A DNA stretch of 64,000 nucleotides from an uncultured Planctomycetia bacterium. Its GTDB lineage: Bacteria; Omnitrophota; Gorgyraeia; VGKH01; JBHPFN01. The stretch's first letter is position 1. Each line of letters begins with the position of its first letter. A program made the position numbers and the translations under genes. The notes under the pieces were generated by a model, which was not told where the DNA came from, searched no databases, and worked only from the letters and a program-made list of their open reading frames with translations. The stretch spans positions 135,412-199,411 of the forward strand of contig CAYOSQ010000001.1 in assembly GCA_964406665.1 (NCBI GenBank), written 5' to 3'. Positions 28,206-38,530 of the stretch are shown one piece after another.

Positions 28206-29765
28206 ATGATTAAGGTTAAGCGTGCTCTGATAAGTGTCTCAGATAAATCCGGAATAATTGAATTGGCTAAAGGATTAAGTAAATTAGGTGTTGAGATACT
28301 CTCAACCGGTGGAACTGCTAAGCTTATAAGGAATGCGGATATTCCTGTTAAAGACGTAAGTGAGTATACAGGATTTCCTGAAATGCTTGACGGTAGAGTA
28401 AAAACATTACATCCTAAGATTCATGGTGGCTTGCTTGCTCTAAGAGATAACCCGGAGCATGTATCACAGATAAAGCAGCACAACATTGAGCCAATTGATA
28501 TGGTGGTAATTAATCTCTATCCTTTCGAGAAGGTAATACGTAAATCAAAAGTACAGATTGAAGAAGCGATTGAGAATATTGATATCGGAGGTCCATCGAT
28601 GTTACGCTCTGCTGCAAAAAACTACAGGAGTGTTGCAGTTATAAGCGATCCTAGCCGTTATAGAGAAATTTTAAACGAGTTAGATAACAATAATGGAATG
28701 CTTTCCGATGCTTTGCTTAGGGATCTTGCCATAGATACATTTACGCTTACTTCACACTATGATGGCATAATCTACGATTTTCTTAAATCTAGACTAAAGA
28801 AAGCACAGCTGGCAAAAGAAGATAATTCTGAAAGTGCAAATTTGACTTTTAATAAGGTGCAAGATTTGCGCTATGGTGAGAATCCTCATCAAGAGGCAGC
28901 TTTTTATGCAAACGCAAAAAAACTTTCGGGCTTACCTTTAGCAAAGCAGCTTCACGGGAAAGAACTTTCTTTTAATAATATTCTGGATTTAGATGCAGCA
29001 GTTAATATTGTAAGAGATTTTAAAAATCCTACCGCTGTCGTTATAAAACATACTAACCCTTGTGGATTAGCAGAAGCAAAGACGCTTCATCAGGCATTTA
29101 AAGATGCTTGGGATTGTGATAGTTTGTCAGCTTTTGGTAGCATTGTAGGATTGAATCGAAAAGTTGATGTTAAAACCGCAACCGCAATCTCTAAGGCAGG
29201 CTTTGTAGAATGTGTAGTGGCTCCAGCATATGACACGAAGGCGCTTACCGTGCTTAAGAAAAAGAAGAATGTTAGAATTCTAAAGCTGGATTTGAATAAA
29301 TTTAATGTTGAGCCGGATATTAAAAAGGTTGCTGGTGGAATTCTTATTCAGGACAGCGATAAGAAAGAAGTGACTTTAAAAGATTTAAAGATTGCTACTA
29401 AGAAGAAGCCTTCAAAGGCACAATTGAAATCATTGATGTTTGCCTGGAAAGTAGTTAAGCATGTTAAGTCCAATGCTATTGTGCTTGTACAAGGTACAAA
29501 AACAGTAGGTATAGGTCCGGGTCAAACTAGTAGAGTAGATGCAACCATTATTTCGATAAGAAAAGCCGGCAAGAGAACTAAGGGTGCTGTTTTAGCCTCT
29601 GATGCATTTTTTCCTAAGGAAGATGCTGTGCAGCAGATGGCTAAAGCTAAGATAAAAGCGGTTATTCAGCCCGGTGGTTCAATTGGAGATGAGCAGATAA
29701 TTAAGCGAGCGAACAAAGCAAGCATATCCATGGTGTTTACAGGAACGAGGCATTTTAAGCACTAA
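28206..29765 (+). CDS. purH: Bifunctional AICAR transformylase/IMP cyclohydrolase
   Basis: ALISVSDK, GRVKTLHP, LRYGENPHQ, SDAFFP, RHFKH. Confidence 0.97.
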   Translation: MIKVKRALISVSDKSGIIELAKGLSKLGVEILSTGGTAKLIRNADIPVKDVSEYTGFPEMLDGRVKTLHPKIHGGLLALRDNPEHVSQIKQHNIEPIDMVVINLYPFEKVIRKSKVQIEEAIENIDIGGPSMLRSAAKNYRSVAVISDPSRYREILNELDNNNGMLSDALLRDLAIDTFTLTSHYDGIIYDFLKSRLKKAQLAKEDNSESANLTFNKVQDLRYGENPHQEAAFYANAKKLSGLPLAKQLHGKELSFNNILDLDAAVNIVRDFKNPTAVVIKHTNPCGLAEAKTLHQAFKDAWDCDSLSAFGSIVGLNRKVDVKTATAISKAGFVECVVAPAYDTKALTVLKKKKNVRILKLDLNKFNVEPDIKKVAGGILIQDSDKKEVTLKDLKIATKKKPSKAQLKSLMFAWKVVKHVKSNAIVLVQGTKTVGIGPGQTSRVDATIISIRKAGKRTKGAVLASDAFFPKEDAVQQMAKAKIKAVIQPGGSIGDEQIIKRANKASISMVFTGTRHFKH

Positions 29766-29788
29766 TTAGTAGGAAATTAGATATGATT

Positions 29789-29820
29789 GGGCGATTCTTA
29801 CAAGAATCGCCCTTTTTTTT
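29789..29820 (+). terminator. Intrinsic terminator after purH
   Basis: GGGCGATTCTT/AAGAATCGCCC inverted repeat followed by T8. Confidence 0.88.
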
Positions 29821-30006
29821 CTAAATTAGTTAGAATTATTGAGAAATCCTCGCTTATGAGCAATCCTATGCTCATTTTTAAATATTTCCTATTTAAATAT
29901 TTATTTCAGGTTAAAAACCATTGCTATACAATATGTTATAAGTTAATGCTTTCAATCATCTGCAGTGTGTATTAAAAAAACTATTCGAGTTTTTTCGAAT
30001 AATCCC

Positions 30007-30035
30007 TTGAAATTCATCCCGAAATAGGCTATACT
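30007..30035 (+). promoter_or_regulatory. Sigma70-like promoter for the GGDEF/HD-GYP gene
   Basis: TTGAAA-17 nt-TATACT. Confidence 0.65.
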
Positions 30036-30099
30036 ATTAAAAAAGCGCTTTCTTGCCTAGCCACGGACATATACATCTAAACTTTCAGAAAGGAAGTAT

Positions 30100-33000
30100 A
30101 TGTCTGAAAAAGACAAAAAAATTAGTCCTTCAAAAAACCGAACTGTGAATCGGTCTGCCCAGAACGATTCAAGCTTACCTAAGAAACTCTCCAATTGTAA
30201 AAAGATAGAACAGGCATACCTAGAAACAGAATTACATTGCTCCAATGCACTTAATTCTTTATTTGATTCAATTCTTATTGTTGATAGAGAGTTAAAAATC
30301 ACTTTAATTAATGACGCCTTTAAAGAATGGAATAAAAAACTTGGTTTGTCAGATAACATGGTGGGTAAATACCTTTTTGAAGTATTCCCGTTTTTGCCGA
30401 ATAAGGTTAAACAGGAATATGATCAAGTCATTCAAAAAAGGGAATCTCTAATAACCGAGGAACACGTAAATGTTTTAGGAAGAAACTTGATAACAGAGGC
30501 TAGAAAGATTCCAGTTTTAAGAAACGGTGAGACAGTTCAAATAATTACCATGATTAGGGATATTACTGAGCGTAAAAAAATAGAAGAGAGAATAACTAAG
30601 ATAAACAAATGCTTTCTTGATTTTAGCTCGAACGCTGATGAGAATATAAATAAATTAGTTGCTCTTTGCGGAAAAATAATGGGAGGAAAATGTTCTGTTT
30701 ATAATAGGCTAGAAGGAGGATTGCTTTGCTCAGTGGGGAAATGGAACACCCCTAAGGATTATAATTCTATTAGTAATCCTGAGGGACATATTTGTTATGA
30801 TGTTATCAAGCGCGGCAGTGGAAAGTTCTGGATAGTACGCAATTTACCTCAGTCACGTTATGGGCAATCAGACCCAAATGTAAAAAGTTTCGGACTGCAG
30901 ACTTATATAGGTATTTCTGTTTCTTTCAACGGAAAGTGCGTAAGCGCACTATGTGTTGTATATCAAGAGGATGTTGTTATAGATAATGACGATAAGAAAT
31001 TTATGCAGCTGATTGCTTCTGCCATTGCTTCAGAAGAGAAGCGTAAAGAATCAGAAAAGGCTTTGTTGACCAGCAAGGAAAAATACAAGACCTTAACTCA
31101 TAATGTTAACATAGGCATATACAGGAATACAGCTGGTTCTCATGGTAAGTTTATTGAGGCGAATCCTGCGGTCATAAAAATGTTTGGATATAAAAACAGG
31201 CGTGATTTTTTGATTCGAAATGTCTGCGATTTGTACCAAAATAAGGCAGATCGAGAAAAGTTTAGCAGGAAGTTATTGGAAAAGGGATTTGTCAAGAATG
31301 AAGAATTACGCCTTAAGAAAAAAGACGGAAAGGCTTTTCTTGCATCTGTATCTGCCGTTGCTATAAAAGATGATAATGGCGAGATCAAATATTATGATGG
31401 AATAGTTGAAGATATAACCGAGAGAAAACAATCTGAAGTTAAATTGCGTAAATCAGAAGAAAAATACAGATTTCTTTTTGAAAAAAGTGCGATTCTTGCC
31501 ATAGTTGTCGGTGAGGATAAAAAGATCAAAGATGTAAATAAGTGGACTTGGGAAACTTTAGGATATGCAAGAAATGAAATAATTGGAAAAACAGCTTTAG
31601 ATTTCGTTGTTCCTGAAGAAAGAGAAAGAGCGCGAGAGGAATTAAAAAAATCATTTAACGATGAAATATCCTCCGGTGTTGGAATTAACGTACTTGCCAA
31701 AGATGGCAGTACGCATACGATTCTTTTTTCTCCCGGACAGGTTTTACTGCAGGAAAAAGGTAAGATTTCCAGCATACTTCTAACAGGTTTAGACATTACT
31801 GATCGTAAAATATCTGAAAAAAATCAGCTTGATATGACATCACATTTGCGCGCCGTGGTAGCTGCAACCGATGAACTTATTAATTGTTCGAATCTTGAAG
31901 TTGTTTACCGCTGGGCAGTAGAATTTGCCAGAAATAAGCTAGGACTAGAGAGATGCGCGATATTTTTGGAAGAAGGAGGTTATGTTCAAGGTATTTATGG
32001 AACTGATAAAAATGGTAATACAACAGACGAACATACGAATCGTTTTTTAAAGAATGAATCCTGGAAACAGCGTTTTAGGATGCTTCATCCTCAAGACCCA
32101 AGTTGGGTGGTAGTTAAGGAGCCGCAGCTAGAATGGGATGGAGATAAAACTGTTCAAATAGGAGAAGGTTGGATTGTAATAACGCCTATTCAATCTACCC
32201 AACGTCCTATAGGCGTGTTGGTTAATGATACAGCCATAAGCGGTTGTGTATTAGATCCTATGAAGCAAGATACCTTGGCTGTGTTTTGTTCTCTCTTGGG
32301 AAACATTATTGAGCGTAAACGTGCAGAAAATAAATTAGAGATAGTTAACAAAAAACTACTTCAGTCAAACAGAAGGTTGAAACAGCTTGCTTTAAGGGAT
32401 TCTCATACTGGATTATATAATCATAGATATTTGGAAGAAGCAATCAATTCTGAATTCGACCGCGCAAAACGCTATGCCTATTCTCTTTCTGTAATTATGC
32501 TCGACATTGATTATTTTAAATCCATAAATGATGTTTATGGCCATCAGTTTGGTGACCTTATATTAAAACAGTTTTCCCGTCAACTTAAGCGTCTGGTACG
32601 TAAATATGATACTGTTATTCGTTTTGGTGGAGAAGAGTTTATTATTCTTTCCCCGGGTATTGATAGATTTACAGCCATGATTTTAGCCCGTCGACTCTTA
32701 AATGTTGTTAATTTATGCAATTTCGGCAATCAGGAAAATAGTATAAAGTTAAAATTAAGTTTGTCTATTTCTTCCTATCCTGAAGATAATGCTTCTAAAG
32801 GAATGGATTTGATTAATCTGGTTGATCAGATTTTAAACAGGGCAAAAGAAGATGGAGGAGATCGGGTTTATTCTTCCCAGGAGATGGGTAAAGAAAAAGA
32901 TCCGGTATTAAACAAGGTGGAAAGAAGTACCGATATTAATTTCCTTCAGGAAAAAATAGATAAGCTTACCAGAAGGGCGAACCAGAGTTTGATAGAAGCA

Positions 33001-33531
33001 ATCTTTGCTTTTGCAAAGACGATAAAATTAAAAGACGATTATACTGGAGAACATGTTGAGGAGACTGTGTTTTTTGCAACTGAAATAGCCAGAAGGTTAA
33101 AGTTGACTAAATTTCAAATTGAGCAGATTCGTCAGGCTTCGAAGTTGCATGATCTAGGTAAAATCGGCGTAAGCGAGAGAATTTTACGTAAAAAATCTAA
33201 ATTAACCAAGAAAGAATTTGATGAGATAAAAAAACATACTTTAATTGGAGCTGATATATTAAGGCCGATTCATTTTCTGCATGATATTATTCCGCTAATA
33301 CTTTATCATCACGAACGCTGGGATGGTACAGGGTATCCTTATGGGTTAAAGAAAGAAGAAATACCTGTTGGGGCCCGTATAGTAGCCGTTGCCGATACTT
33401 TTCAAGCACTCACCTCTGATCGCCCATATCGCAAGGCATTTTCTAAGGCTAAGGCAAAAACAATTGTTAGAGAAAATGCTGGTACGCAGTTTGATCCTAA
33501 AATAGTAAATGCATTTTTAGCTTTAACATAG
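30100..33531 (+). CDS. PAS/GAF sensor diguanylate cyclase fused to HD-GYP phosphodiesterase
   Basis: Repeated DITERK/DITDRK PAC ends; RKYD I-site and GGEEF; LHDLGK and HHERWDGTGYP. Confidence 0.93.
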   Translation: MSEKDKKISPSKNRTVNRSAQNDSSLPKKLSNCKKIEQAYLETELHCSNALNSLFDSILIVDRELKITLINDAFKEWNKKLGLSDNMVGKYLFEVFPFLPNKVKQEYDQVIQKRESLITEEHVNVLGRNLITEARKIPVLRNGETVQIITMIRDITERKKIEERITKINKCFLDFSSNADENINKLVALCGKIMGGKCSVYNRLEGGLLCSVGKWNTPKDYNSISNPEGHICYDVIKRGSGKFWIVRNLPQSRYGQSDPNVKSFGLQTYIGISVSFNGKCVSALCVVYQEDVVIDNDDKKFMQLIASAIASEEKRKESEKALLTSKEKYKTLTHNVNIGIYRNTAGSHGKFIEANPAVIKMFGYKNRRDFLIRNVCDLYQNKADREKFSRKLLEKGFVKNEELRLKKKDGKAFLASVSAVAIKDDNGEIKYYDGIVEDITERKQSEVKLRKSEEKYRFLFEKSAILAIVVGEDKKIKDVNKWTWETLGYARNEIIGKTALDFVVPEERERAREELKKSFNDEISSGVGINVLAKDGSTHTILFSPGQVLLQEKGKISSILLTGLDITDRKISEKNQLDMTSHLRAVVAATDELINCSNLEVVYRWAVEFARNKLGLERCAIFLEEGGYVQGIYGTDKNGNTTDEHTNRFLKNESWKQRFRMLHPQDPSWVVVKEPQLEWDGDKTVQIGEGWIVITPIQSTQRPIGVLVNDTAISGCVLDPMKQDTLAVFCSLLGNIIERKRAENKLEIVNKKLLQSNRRLKQLALRDSHTGLYNHRYLEEAINSEFDRAKRYAYSLSVIMLDIDYFKSINDVYGHQFGDLILKQFSRQLKRLVRKYDTVIRFGGEEFIILSPGIDRFTAMILARRLLNVVNLCNFGNQENSIKLKLSLSISSYPEDNASKGMDLINLVDQILNRAKEDGGDRVYSSQEMGKEKDPVLNKVERSTDINFLQEKIDKLTRRANQSLIEAIFAFAKTIKLKDDYTGEHVEETVFFATEIARRLKLTKFQIEQIRQASKLHDLGKIGVSERILRKKSKLTKKEFDEIKKHTLIGADILRPIHFLHDIIPLILYHHERWDGTGYPYGLKKEEIPVGARIVAVADTFQALTSDRPYRKAFSKAKAKTIVRENAGTQFDPKIVNAFLALT

Positions 33532-33635
33532 TGCATTTTATTATTTTTTTATTCTCGCCGTAATTCTTTTCTTTTCAACTTGCCAAAAGTAGCAAATAGA
33601 GTTAATATAAAACCATCATAATATAAGGAGAAATA

Positions 33636-34535
33636 ATGGCTTGTAAGAATCATGGCGATAAAGAAGCAGTATATCAGTGTAATAGTTGTAATGGTTGTTT
33701 CTGTAAATCATGTATTGAAGAACGTAAGATCGGAGATTTTTCCGCTCTTATCTGTCGTGATTGTGGAGGCAAGTGTGATGAGCTTTTGGAAGATGGAAGA
33801 GTAAAGAACAAAGTAGAGCGTAAAGCACAGGTAACAGAGGTTGCGTCATTTTGGGTAGAGTTGTTTAGATCATTTCTGTATCCTTTGAAAAGCGGTGCCC
33901 GATCATTTCTCTTTACGGGAGCTATTTTCTTCGGTCTTTTTTTTAGATTCAGCAGGATGGCAGGAATTTTCGGACTGCCTTTAATAATAATTTTATGTAG
34001 CTATCTTCTTATCTATATATTTCAGATTATAGTTACCTCTGCATATGGTGATGATGAACCACCCGGATGGCCCGGAATGTCTCAATGGATTGATATGGTT
34101 TTTGGTCCGCTTTTATTTATTTTAATTGCCACTGTCTTGTGTTATGCTCCTTCTGTGGCATATGTCTATTATACTCACAATTTTGATTTTGTTTTCTGGT
34201 TATTAGTGTTAGGCGGGATGTTTGTTCATCCAATGTTTTTATTGCTTATAGCCATGACCGAAAAAATTGCTGCCTTAAATCCCTTGTTGGTTGTTGTTTC
34301 GATATTTAAGGTCCCGGTTGAGTATTTTGTGGCAGCAGTTATGTTTATACTTTTAGTAGGTATCCGCTATATATCTAGAGGGGCTTTTTCCGGAATTCCT
34401 TTCGTGGGATTTATAGTTCAGGAACTTTTGATGTTTTACTGTTTGATGGTGGAAATGCGCATTCTGGGAGTTTTTTATAGGTCTAACGAAGCACACTTTA
34501 GCGATGAAGATCCAGAAGCAGTAGAATCTGTATAA
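33636..34535 (+). CDS. B-box-type zinc finger fused to a multi-pass membrane domain
   Basis: CxxH...CxxC...CxxC N-terminus followed by about six hydrophobic helices. Confidence 0.7.
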   Translation: MACKNHGDKEAVYQCNSCNGCFCKSCIEERKIGDFSALICRDCGGKCDELLEDGRVKNKVERKAQVTEVASFWVELFRSFLYPLKSGARSFLFTGAIFFGLFFRFSRMAGIFGLPLIIILCSYLLIYIFQIIVTSAYGDDEPPGWPGMSQWIDMVFGPLLFILIATVLCYAPSVAYVYYTHNFDFVFWLLVLGGMFVHPMFLLLIAMTEKIAALNPLLVVVSIFKVPVEYFVAAVMFILLVGIRYISRGAFSGIPFVGFIVQELLMFYCLMVEMRILGVFYRSNEAHFSDEDPEAVESV

Positions 34536-34581
34536 ACAACAACTTCTTAAAACAGTTCTTCAATCCGCAATATAATTTTTA

Positions 34582-35922
34582 ATGGTTACATTTGTTGAAG
34601 CCCAAGAATATCTCGATTCTTTCGTTAATTACGAAGAAAAAATAAAATATTCCTATGAACATGGATTTCGTTTAGCTAGAGTAGAAAGCTTCTTAAAATC
34701 GTTAGGGGATCCACAAAAACATCTTCGTGCAATTAATGTTGCCGGTACAAAAGGCAAGGGTTCGACATGCGCATTTTTGGCAAATATTTTAAGTCAGGCC
34801 GGTTTTAAAGTTGGACTATATACCTCTCCTCATCTTGCTACAATTAGAGAAAGGATAAGGATCTTCAAAGGAGAAGAAGGCGGTTGTTTTTCTGGGCTGA
34901 TCTCTGAAGAAGACCTGTGCAAATATGTTGAACGCTTAAAATCTTTTATCGATGATTTTAATTTAATCTCATCTCAGGGAGAATTAACATTTTTTGAAAT
35001 ATGCACCGCATTGGCTTTTTTGTATTTTAAAGAAAATAGTGTAGACTTTACCATTTTAGAAACAGGGATGGGTGGTCGACTGGATGCAACTAATACTACG
35101 GATCCGCTTGTTTCAGTGGTTACCCCGATCAGTTTAGAGCACGCACAGCTTCTTGGTAGTAGCATTGCAGAGATATCTAGAGAAAAAGCCGGAATTATTA
35201 AAAACATAGATCAGATGGTTGTTGTCGCTCCTCAAGTAAAAGAAGCCCTTAATGTTATTCGCTCAAGATGTAAAGAGATTAAGGCCAAGAGTATTTTAGT
35301 TGGCGAAGATATTTTATTTGAGAAGATTAGTGGTAATGTTGAAGAGCAGGTATTCAATTGTTCCTGTGGACAAAAACAGTATTCTAAGCTACAATTACGC
35401 CTTATAGGAAAGCACCAGCTTGTTAATGCTGCTTGTAGTATAGGCGCTATTGAGGCACTTAAATCTTTCGATATTAATATTGCTGAAGAAGCAGTAAGAA
35501 GCGGTTTGCAAAATACCTGTTGGCCGGGTAGGTTCGAGATCGTTAGCAAAAAACCTATAATAGTTTTAGATGGAGCCCAGAATGCAGCATCTGCAGTTGC
35601 TTTAAGTAATACATTAGAAGAGCTGTTCGTTGGGAGAAATTTTATTTTTGTATTAGGTGTGAGTAGCGATAAGGATATAAAAGGAATATCTGAAATAATT
35701 TCTCCAATAGCAAAGAAGGTAATTTTAACTCAGGCACAAAGCTGCCGGGCAATGTCAGTTGATATAATGGAGGAATATTTTAAGCCAGATATTGTGCAGA
35801 AAACAAAAAACATATCGGATGCTTTAGATATAGCAAATACGATGATGGATGATAATAGCGTTATAGTAATTACTGGTTCGTTGTTTGTAGTTGCTCAAGC
35901 AAGAGAAAAATGTTTAAGTTAA
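34582..35922 (+). CDS. folC: Folylpolyglutamate synthase/dihydrofolate synthase
   Basis: VAGTKGKGST, YTSPHL, ETGMGGRLDATN, WPGRFE, TGSLF. Confidence 0.95.
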   Translation: MVTFVEAQEYLDSFVNYEEKIKYSYEHGFRLARVESFLKSLGDPQKHLRAINVAGTKGKGSTCAFLANILSQAGFKVGLYTSPHLATIRERIRIFKGEEGGCFSGLISEEDLCKYVERLKSFIDDFNLISSQGELTFFEICTALAFLYFKENSVDFTILETGMGGRLDATNTTDPLVSVVTPISLEHAQLLGSSIAEISREKAGIIKNIDQMVVVAPQVKEALNVIRSRCKEIKAKSILVGEDILFEKISGNVEEQVFNCSCGQKQYSKLQLRLIGKHQLVNAACSIGAIEALKSFDINIAEEAVRSGLQNTCWPGRFEIVSKKPIIVLDGAQNAASAVALSNTLEELFVGRNFIFVLGVSSDKDIKGISEIISPIAKKVILTQAQSCRAMSVDIMEEYFKPDIVQKTKNISDALDIANTMMDDNSVIVITGSLFVVAQAREKCLS

Positions 35923-37331
35923 ATTTTGATGATACTATAACAGCCATATCTACTCCTTTGGGACAAGGCGGGATAGGCATTGTGCGTTTAAGCGGCAAGG
36001 ATGCTTTACCAATTGCCAATAAGATCTTTGTTTCAAAAGACAAAAAGAAGCCATCTAAATTTAAGTCATATACCGTTCATTACGGTTGGATTAAAGATGA
36101 TTACATGAAATCATCTTCCAAGAAAAAACAGAGCAGTGTTATTGATGAGGTTATTTTAACCGTGATGCGTTCTCCTAAGACATATACCAGGGAAGATGTT
36201 GTTGAGATTAACTGTCATTCAGGCATGGTGCCTTTAAGAAGAATTCTAGAAGCAGTGGTTAAGAATGGAGCGCGCTTAGCCGAACCGGGAGAATTTACGC
36301 GCCGGGCGTTTATTAACGGCAGGATTGATTTAATTCAGGCTGAGGCGGTTTTGGATATTATTCAGTCAAAAACAGAGGCGTCTTTTAAGCTCGGGATAAA
36401 TCAACTTAAAGGTGATCTTTCTGACAGAATAGAACATATGCGCAATGAAACCTTGGAGATGTTGACGCATGTAGAAGCTGATATTAATTTTCCTGATGAG
36501 GAAGATGTGAGTAGTTTACCTAAAGCGCGCCTGATAGGGCAACTTAAAAAAGTAAAATCACAGTTAAATGACATACTTTGTTTTTCTCAAGAAGGAAAAA
36601 TATTGCGAGAAGGTATATCTGTTGTTATATGTGGTAAGCCGAACGTAGGAAAATCATCTTTGCTTAATGCTATAATAAGGAAAGAAAAGGCCATTGTTAC
36701 AGCTGTTGCTGGAACAACTAGAGATTCTGTTGAGGACGAGGTAAGCTTATCCGGAATTCCTGTTAGGCTCATTGATACTGCTGGAATAGAAGTACCGGAA
36801 AATATCGTTGAAGAGGCCGCACTTCTTAAAAGCCGGCAGAATATCAATGAGGCAGACGTTGTAATTATGCTGTTTGATGCAAGTATGCCAATAAGTAAAA
36901 AAGACAAAAATTTAATCAGTGAGATTAAGGATAAGAATATTATTTACGCTGTAAACAAAATAGATTTACCTGAGAAAATAAATATTGATAAATTAAAGAA
37001 AATCTGCGGCGTTAAGAAAATTATAAGAATTTCGGCACTTAAAAAACAAGGACTTAATCTTCTTGAGAAGGCAGTAGTTAAAAGTATTATGTCTTCGACA
37101 GCTATTAACAGCGAGCAGATTATAATAAGCAACGTAAGACACATAACATTATTGAAAAGCATTAAAGAACACATTGATTGCGCAATCTCTTCTTTAGATA
37201 AGGCGTTGCCTATAGAATTTGTTGCTGAGGAACTAAAGGTTTCTTTAGATTTTTTTGACAGATTAATAGGTAATAGCGCAAGAGAAGATTTGTTAGATAA
37301 AATATTCTCAGAGTTTTGCATTGGTAAATAA
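35910..37331 (+). CDS. mnmE: tRNA modification GTPase MnmE
   Basis: GKPNVGKSS, GTTRD, DTAG and terminal FCIGK. Confidence 0.97.
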   Translation: MFKLNFDDTITAISTPLGQGGIGIVRLSGKDALPIANKIFVSKDKKKPSKFKSYTVHYGWIKDDYMKSSSKKKQSSVIDEVILTVMRSPKTYTREDVVEINCHSGMVPLRRILEAVVKNGARLAEPGEFTRRAFINGRIDLIQAEAVLDIIQSKTEASFKLGINQLKGDLSDRIEHMRNETLEMLTHVEADINFPDEEDVSSLPKARLIGQLKKVKSQLNDILCFSQEGKILREGISVVICGKPNVGKSSLLNAIIRKEKAIVTAVAGTTRDSVEDEVSLSGIPVRLIDTAGIEVPENIVEEAALLKSRQNINEADVVIMLFDASMPISKKDKNLISEIKDKNIIYAVNKIDLPEKINIDKLKKICGVKKIIRISALKKQGLNLLEKAVVKSIMSSTAINSEQIIISNVRHITLLKSIKEHIDCAISSLDKALPIEFVAEELKVSLDFFDRLIGNSAREDLLDKIFSEFCIGK

Positions 37332-37350
37332 TCAAATGAAAGGAAAATAG

Positions 37351-37908
37351 ATGGATAAGAAAAAAATTGAGCAAGCAATAAAGATGATTCTAGAAGGGAT
37401 TGGAGAAGATCCCAAAAAGAAAGATTTGCAGGATACGCCAAAGCGTGTGGCCGAAATGTATGAAGAGATTTTTGCAGGGATATCGGCTAAGCCAGAAGAA
37501 GAGCTAGAAGTTATCTTAGATCAGAAACATGATGAGATTGTTTTATTAAAAGGTATTCCGCTTTATTCTGTATGCGAACATCATCTGCTTCCGTTTATCG
37601 GCAAGGCACATGTGGCTTATATTCCGAAAAATGGTAGAGTAACAGGATTAAGTAAGTTATCACGTGTTGTAGATACTTTGGCTAAGCGTCTTCAGGTTCA
37701 GGAAAGACTGACTACCGAGATCGCAGAAATAATTATGTCTAAGTTGAAACCTCGCGGAGTAATGGTTATAATAGAAGCAGAGCATCTTTGTATGTCAATG
37801 CGCGGAGTTAAAAAATCTGGTACACTAACAGTTACTTCGGCAGTTAGAGGAGTTTTTAAAGAGAACGAAAAGACGCGCGCAGAAACACTAGCTTTAATTA
37901 AATCTTAA
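37351..37908 (+). CDS. folE: GTP cyclohydrolase I
   Basis: [28 protein letters not shown]. Confidence 0.97.
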   Translation: MDKKKIEQAIKMILEGIGEDPKKKDLQDTPKRVAEMYEEIFAGISAKPEEELEVILDQKHDEIVLLKGIPLYSVCEHHLLPFIGKAHVAYIPKNGRVTGLSKLSRVVDTLAKRLQVQERLTTEIAEIIMSKLKPRGVMVIIEAEHLCMSMRGVKKSGTLTVTSAVRGVFKENEKTRAETLALIKS

Positions 37909-37909
37909 A

Positions 37910-38290
37910 ATGCAAGAAGAACAATATAGAAAAAGAAATTTCTCCAGAAGTTTTTCCCACGCGCTGCGCGGATTGATAACAATATGGAAAACTCAGCATA
38001 ATGCCCGACTTATTCTTATTATTGCTGTTGGTGTAATTGCTGCGGGAATAATAATGCAGATAAGCAATATCGAAATGATGATAGTACTTTTATCTATTGG
38101 TCTTGTGTTTGTTGCTGAAATATTTAATTCTATGGTTGAAGAAACAATTGATTTAATTCTTCTTTTACACTTAGAGAGAATAAAAGTTATCAAGGATATG
38201 GCAGCTGGTGCTGTCTGGATAGCATGCATAATATCAGTGGTAGTTGGTTATTTTGTTTTTATAAAACGCATAATTACTCTTTTGATGTAA
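37910..38290 (+). CDS. dgkA: Diacylglycerol/undecaprenol kinase family
   Basis: FSHALRG, EIFNSMVE, KDMAAGAV. Confidence 0.85.
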   Translation: MQEEQYRKRNFSRSFSHALRGLITIWKTQHNARLILIIAVGVIAAGIIMQISNIEMMIVLLSIGLVFVAEIFNSMVEETIDLILLLHLERIKVIKDMAAGAVWIACIISVVVGYFVFIKRIITLLM

Positions 38291-38360
38291 CCCTTGCCTT
38301 AAAAAAACCTTCCGTTTATTTCTTTAAAGAAAGCGCTTTTATTTTTTGCCTTCTAACCTA

Positions 38361-38388
38361 TTGAAATCCAGAAAAAATATAGTATACT
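38361..38388 (+). promoter_or_regulatory. Sigma70-like promoter for riboswitch and giant gene
   Basis: TTGAAA-16 nt-TATACT. Confidence 0.6.
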
Positions 38389-38403
38389 TTCATTGGAAAA
38401 ATG

Positions 38404-38530
38404 TCGATAAATCCTTAACGGAACTCCGCAGTTTGCGGAGAGGCAAACCATTTGTAAGAGTGGGACGCAAAGCCACGGGTCTCACAATTAATAATTAATT
38501 GTGTTTATTTGAGGCGGCCGGGTTGCCGAA
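38404..38530 (+). ncRNA. c-di-GMP-I (GEMM) riboswitch upstream of the 2900-aa gene
   Basis: AGGCAAACCATTT-GTAA-GAGTGGGACGCAAAGCCACGGGTCTCA...TGAGGCGGCCGGGTTGCCGAA matches the GEMM consensus; core is 38441-38530, 5' limit uncertain. Confidence 0.93.

Noticed and set aside
29787-29975. 62-aa ORF after purH
   Set aside because: Begins inside the purH terminator hairpin and has no RBS or motif
18493-38530. Riboswitches as 3',3'-cGAMP-sensing GEMM-Ib variants
   Set aside because: Both have G, not A, at the position-20 equivalent by manual alignment
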